64,000 bases of DNA from Marsupella aquatica (lineage: Eukaryota > Plantae > Marchantiophyta), in NCBI GenBank assembly GCA_973895155.1, contig OZ316891.1, positions 9,673,875 through 9,737,874 on the forward strand, given 5' to 3'. Positions 13,255-23,481 of this stretch are shown here, piece after piece. Below the pieces are notes generated by a model that was not told the DNA's origin, made no database searches, and was given only the letters and a program-made list of their open reading frames with translations. Made by a program: the position numbers and the translations under genes. Position 1 is the stretch's first letter; every line of letters begins with the position of its first letter.

Positions 13255-13500
13255 ACATGAGGTTTCACACACAAAAGCAACATAGATCATTGGATTCAAA
13301 ACATCTAATGGTGTAAAAGTTCTTTTTGAGCTAAGAGACCACACGAGTATTCACACACAACATGAATCTGGATGGTTGGATTCATAACATCTAATGGTAG
13401 GAAAATTCATTTTCAGTTGAGAGGCCACAGGAGCCTTCACACGAGTCTTCACACACAAAATGGATGTAGATGGTTGGATTCAAACCATCTAATGGCTGGG
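13255..13500. repeat. Three degenerate tandem copies of cacacacaa...ggatggttggattcaaaacatctaatgg, probably a MITE/TE interior
   Basis: Motif ggattca(a/t)a(a/c)catctaatgg recurs near 13292, 13378 and 13476. Confidence 0.6.
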
Positions 13501-15454
13501 TATTTACAGGATGATGTGGAATTTTAACAGAATTTTCAGATTTACAGAAGTCTTTAACTGGACCCGTAAATAGAGATGAAATAATAATTAAAAACTATTG
13601 CAAAACAAAATTCACATATATCTCTCTGTATGTATTTGCCCCATCTCCATTTTTTGTTCACACTCACTACATCCTTATGTAGAATCCAATTTTGTCCTTA
13701 TTTTGAGTCTAGTTTTGTCTTTACATGGAGCTATAGTTTAGGGGACCCTAGCCCTTTAAAGTAGCTTATGTTTGCTATTTATTGGTAAGATGACAAGAAA
13801 GTCTGTTCAGTAGGTTAACTTAGGTTGGGGCCACTTCTGACTTTGTTGGTGCCAAAGCAAAATTGGAGGGCCACTTCTTATTCGAAGGCTACCAAAATAA
13901 ATTTCAATATAATTGCAGGTCAATAGAATGAAGCCGTTAAAGTTTGGAAATGTTTGGACAACCTTTGAAGGTGTCTAAAATTTCAGTCACAATAAACACT
14001 TCACATAATTTTTTTATGGGTTCACTGCTTCCCATGTAGGATGGTACACACCACACTAAAATGAGTACTAAATTGTTAATTGCAGCTGTTTGTACTCATT
14101 AAACTCTTCAGATTTAATCTAAGAGGGATGTAAGGAACACATGGTACCCTGACCTCTTGTAAGCCACCCTTATATAGTAATGGTCTGGTGTTGGACCATT
14201 ACAGGAAATGTATTATTCCTGTAAGAGAGATATAATCAATCCAGATTTCCATAGTGGTCCAACCAAGACGTTAAATAAACATTGAGGGCATTGCACCACC
14301 ACTAAGAGGAAATCTAGAGTCATAATTTTCCCAGTATGGTAGTCCAGGGATGCCTTAACGAGCATATTTCCAATATGAAACCGTCTATGGGCATTCACGA
14401 GAAATAATTTGCTGGCATTGTGAGTTTTGATTGGCTTAGACAAGGCCGGGATTAATCAACTAAAGGCCTTCATTGACGTGTTGGGTAAAGCCCACCTGGG
14501 AGGGAAGTGTTGTAAAGAAAGGCCCAAAACTTTCATTTTGGACACCTCCTGAAAGGATGAGCCCTAATTTAGTTTAGTCGCTCCCAGAAATCCCCTTAAG
14601 TAGTGATTAGACAAAGTGAGAATGCCCTTAATTTCCATATAATACCCTCTTAGCTGATAGACTGTTTTGTTGCTCTAGACAAAGAGCATCCAATTATTTT
14701 CATATATGCCTTTGTACAACTTCAAACAAACCAACAACTTTATTGTTCTCTTAAGGCCCTGCCTAAACCTTTTGTTTGTATTTTAGATCTCATTTACCTT
14801 GCACAACTTTCCAGGAAAGAAGCGCAAGAGGGATTTTGCTGAAACAGAGGGCATTCCACCTTCAACTCCAATTGTATTTAGAAAACCCTATATCACTACC
14901 CCGATCACCACTCAAGCATTGTAACTTCCCAGTATTGCTGGTGACTCGCGTAGAGTGGTTTTGTATGACTGTTTATTTTGGCTAACTTTTGGATTCCTAT
15001 TGCATTTCCAGGACTCAATGTGGCTAGCGACTTTACAAGCCAAAAGAGGAGTCCAACGACTGGGTTCTGTGGAAAAATGACACCAAGTTTGAGTTATTTG
15101 GAACCAACTTTTGGCAAGCAAGTGTTGAATATTTATTTAGGGTGTTTGGGGAAAAAAGAAAGTATGGTATTGAGAAGATTTTTGCTCCTAACAGGACCAA
15201 AATCTATGTTTGCATGGTAATGTTACTGAGCTATGGACTGCCTAAATTGGCAGTCAATAAGTGTTATTGACGTACGTTGACATCTTCCTATTGAGGCAAA
15301 AGATGACCGCCAAACCCTATGTTTGAGACATCCTATTACCAATACTAATTGTTTGAGACACCCTAGTACCAATACAAATTGAGGTGAACAGTGTAGTTAG
15401 TGTAGTTGCTTTATGCATATACAACTTTTACTAACCCATCCCCCAAATGGAGTG

Positions 15455-15787
15455 TGTTGAGCATATACAACAATCGTAACGGCAAGCCCATGAATTATCC
15501 AACGCACAAGTAGTCGACACAAAGAAATACGTGATTTACCTCAGCTTGAGGCTACATCCATCGGAACACATGAGAGCTTTATTGAACTCTAGGCCCGTTG
15601 GCCATACCAAGTCTCTGCAATACAATATCTCCCTATCCCTCAACTAGCTCCTTAAAAATGAGTCTTAGTTCCTCCTATCCAAGCAAAAATATAGTCTACA
15701 ACTTAGTTGACCTAACCTAGACTACGACTAAGGTAAACCCTAACAATAGTTATAGTGTAACCCTAGACTAAGAGTATATGTCTAACA
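15455..15787. mobile_element. Solo LTR (TG...CA), about 333 bp, probably copia-type
   Basis: Begins TGTTGAG and ends TCTAACA; a homologous copy lies at 36293-36524. Flanks gagtg/atgtg give only a partial TSD. Confidence 0.6.
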
Positions 15788-16436
15788 ATGTGTAATTATC
15801 AACCTGTCCCCCAAACTATTTTAATTCATGAGTTGAACCCCTTTTTCAATGTGGGTTACTCCCCGGGTTACTCTAACTTTTGTACTTAACCTAAGGTCAT
15901 TTCGCATTGGTCACCTGCCGTGTGATAAGGCACTATTCTACACTCACCCAGGCCGACTCACTCCCGTTATGACAATTTAGGGAGTACCTGGTCGACAAAG
16001 GGAAGGTAGGGGTGGCCCTGTTGTCAGGCCTGTCTTAATTTGCAAGTCTGACGGGGAGGGAAGCCAGGGTCAGGGCTATTAGTGCAATGAGAGGGAGCCA
16101 GACAGTTCAGTTTGTCCTAAATTGTAAAAATGAGAATGAGGGGGGCTTTACAAGACCGCGGGGGGACGTTTCCTGTCAGAGGATCCCGATCCTACATGGA
16201 CATTAGTGGGGCCCGTGTAGGGCCCAGTTTTTGCAGACGTGTCACGACCGTTCGGGCAAAGTTTTAGACCACCTCCTCGGGTGGTTTTTTCTTTCGTCCG
16301 TTTGGTCCATTGCTATATTCAGACTTCGCATTAACTCTGACCCCACAGAAGCGACTATCCAGGCGATTCAGGAGGGCACCCAATTTGCGAGCCAACTTCA
16401 AATGTTTGATTCAACATTTCAAAAAACATCGATCCA

Positions 16437-17811
16437 ATGTCCAGAACAAGATCTATATGTTCTTCGGCAACATCAGAGTGCAGCAGTAGCGCACATTGCA
16501 CATCTCACTCTCCTTACATAGAGTTTATACAATCAGTCACGATGAACCAATCATTTTTCAGCAATGGCAGGAAAGGCTACAGAGGCAACGAATGGAAGTC
16601 GACTCCAATTTTGTTCAAGATTCACAACCAATTTCTAGCTATCAGGGGGGAGATTCATTCAATGCACTTTCGTCCCAACCTCCGTTGGTCATGTCCGATG
16701 AGGAATTCCAACGCTGCCTCAATGAACCCCCAACCAAGTAGCTTTCGTTCATTTCATGGAACTGCAGGACAAGCTTTTGTTCCAGACCATCGTAATAAGT
16801 TCTTTTCTTGCCTTGCACCAGGTCCATTTGCATCTACCAGTAGTGAGGAGCCTACTCAAGTCACGAAGCTGCCTGTTAGGACAAAAACTGGAGGCAAAAT
16901 ACCTGGTGAGGGCACAAAGAGAAAGAGGGTTGCCAAGGCCGCCCCAACAAAGAAACCGAAGAAGGCTCAGAAGGTTGTCGAGTTGAGTGATGAAGAAGGC
17001 GATGGGGAAGATGGAAACTCAGTGAGTAGATGGACAGATGCAGAAGTCAGCCACCTAATATCATTTCGCTCAGAAATGGATGAGTTCTCAACGAATGCCA
17101 AGAAACAAGGTGAGGTTCAGATCCTCAAATTTCTATTTTCTTGTCAAAATCACATGTATAGGTCCGTGAACGTGCATTCTCAATTATTCTCACTTGTATT
17201 TTTTTATAACTTGTCCGTGAGCATGCATTCTCAAGTATTCTCAAGTATTCACACTTGTTATTTTTTATAACTTGATTTCTCTCGATTACACAGGTGTGCA
17301 CATGTGGGAGAAACTACAAGAGAAAATGATTGCTGCTTGTGAAGGATTCAACAAGTCAGCTGAGGCAATCAGGAAGAAATGGAAAACCATTTATAGACAG
17401 TATTGCATTGACAAACGTATCCTCAGCATATCTGGAGAGGGACGAAAGATCACCTGTAAATTTTTTGACGAAATTCATCAAGGCTTCAACAACCGGGCCA
17501 ATGTACGAAAATTGTGTCACGGAGATGCTAGTGGGACTCCCAATCCATGTCCCCTTGACTTGAATGAGCCAGGGGAAGCGCAAGGTTTTGCCGAAGGTGG
17601 GGTTGGATCTGGTTCAGATCAAGGTAGTAATCCTGCTAACACTACCCCTCAGTCCACAAAATCATCCAAAAAAAGCAATTCAGATACGTATAGTATGTAC
17701 ATGAATGAGATGGTGAGCAACACCTCTAGCATGGCACAAGACATTCATGAGACCACTGGTGTTCTCAAAGAGCTCAAATCCAAAATTTCAAGGCTCATTG
17801 ACAAACTGTAA
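16437..17811 (+). CDS. Harbinger Myb/SANT (trihelix-like) DNA-binding protein, spliced
   Basis: Intron 17110-17293 (GT..AG) joins RWTDAEVSHLISFRSEM...KKQ|GVHMWEKLQEKM...KSAEAIRKKWKTIYRQY, followed by a basic patch and C-terminal coiled coil. The start is uncertain: possibly ATG 16592 with an extra intron 16738-16840. Confidence 0.85.
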
Positions 17812-18659
17812 ATGTGGTTGCAGATGAGTGGGCGCCTAGGCAATGCTTTGTCCCTCAACCTTCTTTTATAGAAGTGAGCTATGATGGTGTCCCCCTAGAA
17901 TATTTTAAATACTATAAACGGCCCACTGAGTTGTACTATCCTCCCGAAGCTTAATAGGTTTCATTCTACGGACAAGTGAGTTCCTTGAAATTGGGCATTC
18001 AATATAAAAAAGGTCGACTCCTGGAAGCTCTCACTTTTTGGTAGTTTAATCATTCTTTTTTGTTCTAGAATTGCACAATGTGTACAGAACGGGTGAGAAT
18101 TTACTCATTTCTGTTCTGAACTGTATATGAACTTCAATTTCATGTTTGAATGGATTTTTCCTTGTCAATTTCGACTTGCTGAACTGGTGATTTTCAGAAC
18201 TGCGTTTTGCTTTCCACATGTATAACTATCAGTGAAATTCATTCAAGCAAAATTGTCTACTTAAATTGCAATAGCAAAGCATAGGCAAAATCAATCCATA
18301 GCCCAGAAATTGATTTCAATTCCAACTTCGACTTTGAGAATAGATTGCTTTTGTCAATTTCAACTTTAAGAATTGGAGCTCATCAGGACTGCATTTTGTC
18401 TTCTCAATTTCGACTTTGAGAATGGGAGCCTTTCAGGACCTTTTCAATTTTAGCTTTCAATGATTCATGCTGTGCATTTCGACTGAGATTTGAGTTCCTT
18501 GCACAATTTCTGAAAGAAGACGATTGCACAGATTGAGTAATAGAAAAAGTCAGCATTTATGTGGACAAAAATTTCCAGTTCACAGAATGCTAGACCTAAC
18601 AACAATGGCTTCAATGGACGTAGGGAATTGACCTAACAGAATTTTAAAAATTACTAGAA

Positions 18660-20600
18660 TCATTCTTCAGCATCGCTCGGAGAGTCTGTGTCATCATCAA
18701 AGACACCTTCGGGTAATTCAACCTGTTCACGCAAGTGTCGGTGAAACAATGTCTTGGCCAGCTCCACATGCATTGTGACCCCTCTCTTCAAAGCTTGAAC
18801 AGAGTTTTCATTGGCAAGTTCAATCACAGCATTGTCATTGTCGTCTGGTAATCCAGCTGTACGTATGAACTCTTCCATATCAATTGTAGCTCGATTCACC
18901 TCAACCTGTGCATAATCATACATTTTCATAGTCCCATCTTGTCTTAAATCCCCAAAACTTGCAAGGCATTGCTCCTTCAGCCACAATTTTGGATCTGCTA
19001 CAAGCTGCTCATCTCCGAAATCCTTGTGCATAATACATAAGTTATGCAGACATATACATGCTCCGACCACGTCAGCAACATGATCAATCTTCATTTCTAT
19101 GCGTCTCAAGAGAATCCGCCACCTGCCTTTCAAAATTCCAAATGCCCGTTCTACACACATTCTGGTAGAACTCTGGATGAAATTCCAATGTGCTTTGAAA
19201 GGCTCAAGTTGTTCTTTTGTTCCTTTAAAAGGAATACACATACAAGTTCGGATGGGATATGCAGCATCACCTATGAGTTTATACAGACGGAAATCTCCCC
19301 TAATAGTTTTCCTTCCCATCACTGAGTTTACAAATAAGGTGTAGTCATGTAGAGAACCCGCCCATCCAAAGTCCCAATCCCAAAATGTTGTTTCCGTGTC
19401 CACAATGCCTTGCAAGAGAACAGAATAAAATCCCTTTCTATTATAGAAAGGTGCCGGATCCCCCTCAGGGGCAATGATGGGAATACGAGAGCCATCTATG
19501 GCTCCCATAATAAAAGGCAACCCATGCTTAGCTTCAAACTGGGCTGCTAAATTTTTCAGAGATTTTGAAGTCCATTTCGGAACCACAAGTGGACGAATGT
19601 ATTTCAAAACGGCTTGACAGAATTGTCTCACAACTATACAGGCCAAGCTTTCGCTCATTCCAAACAGGTCAGCACAACAAAGCAAGTAGTTACCTGTACC
19701 TAGTATGTTCAATGATAAAGCAACCCTCTTTTCCAATGGAATAGCTCCACCCTTTTTTGACTTCTGCATGTCTGGGGCAACTAGAGAATAGAGGTAAAAA
19801 AATGTGGAAGGCTTGATACGTAACCTTCTTGTGAACTCTTTTTCAGTATGAGAAGCCAACAATGTTCTATCCACAAATGGAGATTCACGGTCCAACCTCC
19901 AAATGGATCTAGGATGCAATCGCAAAAGCCGTCGGTCCCCAATGAGGCAATTAAATAGATGCATTGTGTTTGTTGCTGTAACCAAAGCAGCTTGCTGTGA
20001 TTGTATGACTTTAGCCACGATGACTCGCAACACCAGATTGAGGCAAATTATTACCAGAATTTTTGTTCTCCTCCTGTCAGGCTGCATCGTGTAATCAAAT
20101 AATTGATAAGAGGACAATTTTGCAATCTGAAAATGCAAAAACGAAATTCCACAATCAAACTTGGCAGGGACAGGAACAAGAAAAGCTTCTGACCTGTTCA
20201 CGAGCATATTCAACAGTGCATTGGTCTTCTTTGTCAAACGTTTCTTCTGCCTCAATTTCTTTGTACAAATCATGGCTCTCACTTGACGAAATTTCTCTAG
20301 GTTCCATGATTCAATGTTGCTATGTGCGTCTGTATCAGCGTCTTCCCAGTTGAACAAAATTTCACAGCTGAAGTTTGATTTTTCTAGTTTTTGGCCACGG
20401 TAGATCTCTCTGTATGGGTCCACAAACAGAAGGACCTGTTGCTCATCAAGCTCTCTTCTCTCCAACGCTTGAAGATCCACCATTGATTGAAAGAAAGACT
20501 GAGCTTGACGATCTTCTCCCGCGCAATCACATATTTCCTCCCCGTCAATTTGGGAGTTATCAGACAGCTGGCCCTTGTTTCTGTCTTTTCTGTGTCCCAT
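18660..20600 (-). CDS. Harbinger/PIF DDE transposase (HARBI1/DDE_Tnp_4-like)
   Basis: 646-aa uninterrupted ORF with the HTH region (IPLEKRVALSL...LFGMSES) and GAIDGS, YNRKGFYS, GSLHD, LIGDAAYP, VERAFGILKGRW and CLHN motifs. Confidence 0.92.
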   Translation of the reverse strand: MGHRKDRNKGQLSDNSQIDGEEICDCAGEDRQAQSFFQSMVDLQALERRELDEQQVLLFVDPYREIYRGQKLEKSNFSCEILFNWEDADTDAHSNIESWNLEKFRQVRAMICTKKLRQKKRLTKKTNALLNMLVNRSEAFLVPVPAKFDCGISFLHFQIAKLSSYQLFDYTMQPDRRRTKILVIICLNLVLRVIVAKVIQSQQAALVTATNTMHLFNCLIGDRRLLRLHPRSIWRLDRESPFVDRTLLASHTEKEFTRRLRIKPSTFFYLYSLVAPDMQKSKKGGAIPLEKRVALSLNILGTGNYLLCCADLFGMSESLACIVVRQFCQAVLKYIRPLVVPKWTSKSLKNLAAQFEAKHGLPFIMGAIDGSRIPIIAPEGDPAPFYNRKGFYSVLLQGIVDTETTFWDWDFGWAGSLHDYTLFVNSVMGRKTIRGDFRLYKLIGDAAYPIRTCMCIPFKGTKEQLEPFKAHWNFIQSSTRMCVERAFGILKGRWRILLRRIEMKIDHVADVVGACICLHNLCIMHKDFGDEQLVADPKLWLKEQCLASFGDLRQDGTMKMYDYAQVEVNRATIDMEEFIRTAGLPDDNDNAVIELANENSVQALKRGVTMHVELAKTLFHRHLREQVELPEGVFDDDTDSPSDAEE

Positions 20601-21098
20601 CTCTCAAAGTGGGCGTTGTTCACTTTACATGAGGCTGGGCGCCGTTCGCTGCAGCCTGGTAGTGTGTTTGCCCCGGTTTACTAATTTTAGTTCATTAAGT
20701 GGCCCCCGGCTTTGCTTTGGAAGAGGAGGGACTGAACGGCCCCCGCGGTCTTGTAAAGCCCCCCTGAGTCAGCCCAGGTTAGGGTAGAACCAGTCAGGGT
20801 TCTGCATGGCATACAGCACCTTGCCATGTGGCAGACAATCAATGCAAAATTACCTTGGGATAAATAGAGGAGTAAGTTAGAGTGACTAATATTCAAAAAG
20901 TGGGTCAACTTAAGAAATAAAATAGTTTGGGGATAATTATAATCAGTTTGGGGGATAGGCTAATAAGAAGGGGTCCACCTAAACAATTAAAATAGTTTGC
21001 GGAGATAATTAGAATTATGTGGTTTGCCAAAGGGTCCCCAACCAAAAGCCTACGAATGGAACAAAGACCAAAAAGTAACCTACAAATGTGCCGTGAAA

Positions 21099-21401
21099 GC
21101 TAACACCCTAGAACGGAGAACTAAAAAGCCTGATAGTGTTCACTATTAAACCGCATAGGAGGAGCTAACACCCTAGAACGGAGAACTAAAAAGCCTGATA
21201 GAGTTCAGTATTAAATAGCATAGGAGGGTCAGGAAGCAAAACCTGTCAAGAAATCCTAAAAGCAACTACCCTCAAACCAACTGCCATAGCCCTACCAAGG
21301 AGTGTATTAAATAGCAGAGGAGGGTCACGAAGCAAAACCTGTCAAGATATCCTAAAAGCAACTACCCTCAAACGAGCTGCCATAGCCCTACCAAGGAGTG
21401 T
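21099..21401. repeat. Two overlapping tandem duplications (~65 bp x2 and ~97 bp x2)
   Basis: gctaacaccctagaacggagaactaaaaagcctgata occurs twice; aagcaaaacctgtcaaga.atcctaaaagcaactaccctcaaac...gccctaccaaggagtgt occurs twice. Confidence 0.85.
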
Positions 21402-21627
21402 GAAATATGTGTAAGGCACACAACCAGCACCCGCTGTGAAAACAACTAATAAGGCAACTCAAACCAGAGAAACCAGAGCAGAAGACATGGCGATGCCAAG
21501 CAAACCACGGAGAGCGAAGCCGTCAACAAGAGAAAAGCTAGGTCTAATTAGAGTTTTTCATGGTCGAATTGGATTCCACTTCCGGGGTCCTAGTTAGGGG
21601 TTCCCATGATCGAAGAAATCGGTTTCC

Positions 21628-22350
21628 ATGGAAGTGGGTTCACAGTCGATCGTGTCTCATTACGATGTTTTGGGTGCTCCAGACCACGCTGAGTACGCGG
21701 AGATCAGATCCAAGTACCGAGCAGCGATTCTCGCACTGCATCCAGACAAGCTTTGCTGGTCAAGGGGAGAATCATTGAAGGCGTCGAACATCGCTGCGAA
21801 TGACAGTCTAAGAGTTCTCTGTACAGAAGACGGCATCACTCCGCCTAATAAACTACAGGCCATGATCAGGGATTTAGATTTCGATGATCATCAATTCAAT
21901 TGGTCTACAATCTCAAAGGCTGGCAAGTTCAAACCTGGCCAAGGAGACCGTCTTCTCTCTCGATTCTTTATGGTTCAAAAAGCGTGGGAGGTTCTTAGGG
22001 ATCCCGAATCTCGAGCTAAATATGATAGTTGTCCACGGGCCGAGAGATTAACTTATGCAATGAAGTCGACACCAATGATTGGGGATGAAATTCAATTGCT
22101 AGAGATGAACTCTTGCAGTGTGGATGTGGGTCATGGACAGGAGGTGGAGTATTCATACGCTTGTCGATGTGGGGACTTGATCGTTGTCTCGCAAGAGGAG
22201 CTGCAGATGGCACGTCTCTACTTAAGCGAAGAATCTCAGGAGGCACGTAGAGGAATTAGGGAAAGATTAGAGTCTCATCGGCCAAGAAGCAATTCATTAC
22301 TATTGCCTTGCCAGTCATACTCCATGCACGTACGCGTACTCTTTTCTTAG
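21628..22350 (+). CDS. DPH4: DPH4/DNAJC24-like J-domain plus CSL zinc-finger protein (diphthamide biosynthesis)
   Basis: SHYDVLG...LALHPDK...F..VQKAWEVLRDPESRAKYD J-domain, then YSYACRCGD...LLLPCQSYS CSL-type finger; single exon. Confidence 0.85.
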   Translation: MEVGSQSIVSHYDVLGAPDHAEYAEIRSKYRAAILALHPDKLCWSRGESLKASNIAANDSLRVLCTEDGITPPNKLQAMIRDLDFDDHQFNWSTISKAGKFKPGQGDRLLSRFFMVQKAWEVLRDPESRAKYDSCPRAERLTYAMKSTPMIGDEIQLLEMNSCSVDVGHGQEVEYSYACRCGDLIVVSQEELQMARLYLSEESQEARRGIRERLESHRPRSNSLLLPCQSYSMHVRVLFS

Positions 22351-23481
22351 ATGTAGTAGATTGAAAGCAGTGACTGGATCAGGGTCATGCACTTTTCTTT
22401 TCAAGTGAGTCTCTAGGGGCATTACCCCATTTGCAAAATTGAAGAACAGAAGATGAACATCGAGTAGCGCACACTTCCCAATACCAATTAATTCTTCTCG
22501 TAGCAATTGTTCCAAAATCAACTTCTGCTCTGAATCAATGAGTCACAAGTATTATGGCTCTCTATCGTCCATTCCGTGCATGATTGTGAGTATGAAGCCG
22601 TCTTCTCTATCTGCTCCTCTCCAGTCCAAGACTTGTTAATCCACATCAATCACAATTTAAGTTTCAAACGACCTAACCGAGACCATTACTATATGCATGG
22701 AATACCTGCTTTTCTCCTACATCCTTGCAGTAGATCTAGTCCAGCGACGGCAACTTTTGTCACGCGACATGATGAACTCCACTCTGACATCTCGGCTCAG
22801 CTCAGTTTTTCCTGGATTTCTCAACTGCCACCCTCTTTGCGTCACTTTGCAAACCTATAGAACTGGAAATTGATGTATCGGGCAGGAATATTGTGTCCTA
22901 TCTGTGTCCGGTATCACTTGAGAAATAATTTAATTTTTTGGTCGGTAGGGATAGGGATCCATGCACAAATCTGGTGAATCCAAATGGCCTGTCCATGGAC
23001 ATTGGTCAGGCATTGATTGCTGTATTGTCAATCGTTAGTTGAGGTGGAATCGAGGTTAAGCAACACAGGTTGTTCCGATCGACGTTTCTCAGTGCTTGAC
23101 GTATCCATTCCAGAAGGATGCTGATATAGGATGTGCTCCAAAATTGGAGCGAAATCAATCCTGTCTTTGGTGAATAACAGTCGTTAGTCTTGTGTGGGCT
23201 ATAAAAGACGAGATTTCTAAGAAATCTTAATCTCGAACTCAATATAACCCAGGCCTCTGGTTGCGGATCCTTTCGCCAATCTGTAACTCCTGCTCGATTT
23301 CCTATTCCGTGAGATAAAACTTGGACGGACATACCTTTTGACATGAAGTAGACAGATCAACTTGTAGCCAAAAATGTTGGCGTATCCATGCTGACGACAG
23401 CGGCTGATCCAAAGTTTGTGAGCAAAATTGGTTGAGGCAATTTTGTTTTGCCCCAGAGTTTGGCAATAACGGAAACTGCTA

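Larger units (their letters stand above)
16140..20764. mobile_element. Apparently intact autonomous PIF/Harbinger DNA transposon (4625 bp)
   Basis: Perfect 25-bp TIRs GGGGGGCTTTACAAGACCGCGGGGG (16140-16164 and 20740-20764); TGA directly flanks both ends (16137-16139, 20765-20767). Contains convergent Myb/SANT and DDE transposase genes. Confidence 0.95.
15800..20940. mobile_element. Older foldback/MULE-like MITE with ~130-bp degenerate inverted arms, interrupted by the Harbinger
   Basis: 15808-15935 (cccccaaactattttaattcatgagttgaacccctttttcaat...cctaaggtcatttcgcattgg..ctgcc) is the degenerate reverse complement of 20815-20935 (ggcagacaatcaatgcaaaattaccttggg...aaaaagtgggtcaacttaagaaataaaatagtttgggg). 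Confidence 0.65.

Noticed and set aside
14200-15300. Retrotransposon pol or viral gene remnant
   Set aside because: Looks like decayed coding DNA, but I could not find any diagnostic motif.
16437-20600. Domesticated ALP1/HDP-type host gene pair
   Set aside because: Perfect TIRs and a TSD enclose both genes, indicating a transposon rather than a domesticated locus.
21628-22350. DPH4 as a retrogene because it lacks introns
   Set aside because: Short plant DPH4-like genes may be natively single-exon, and no poly(A) tail or TSD is visible.
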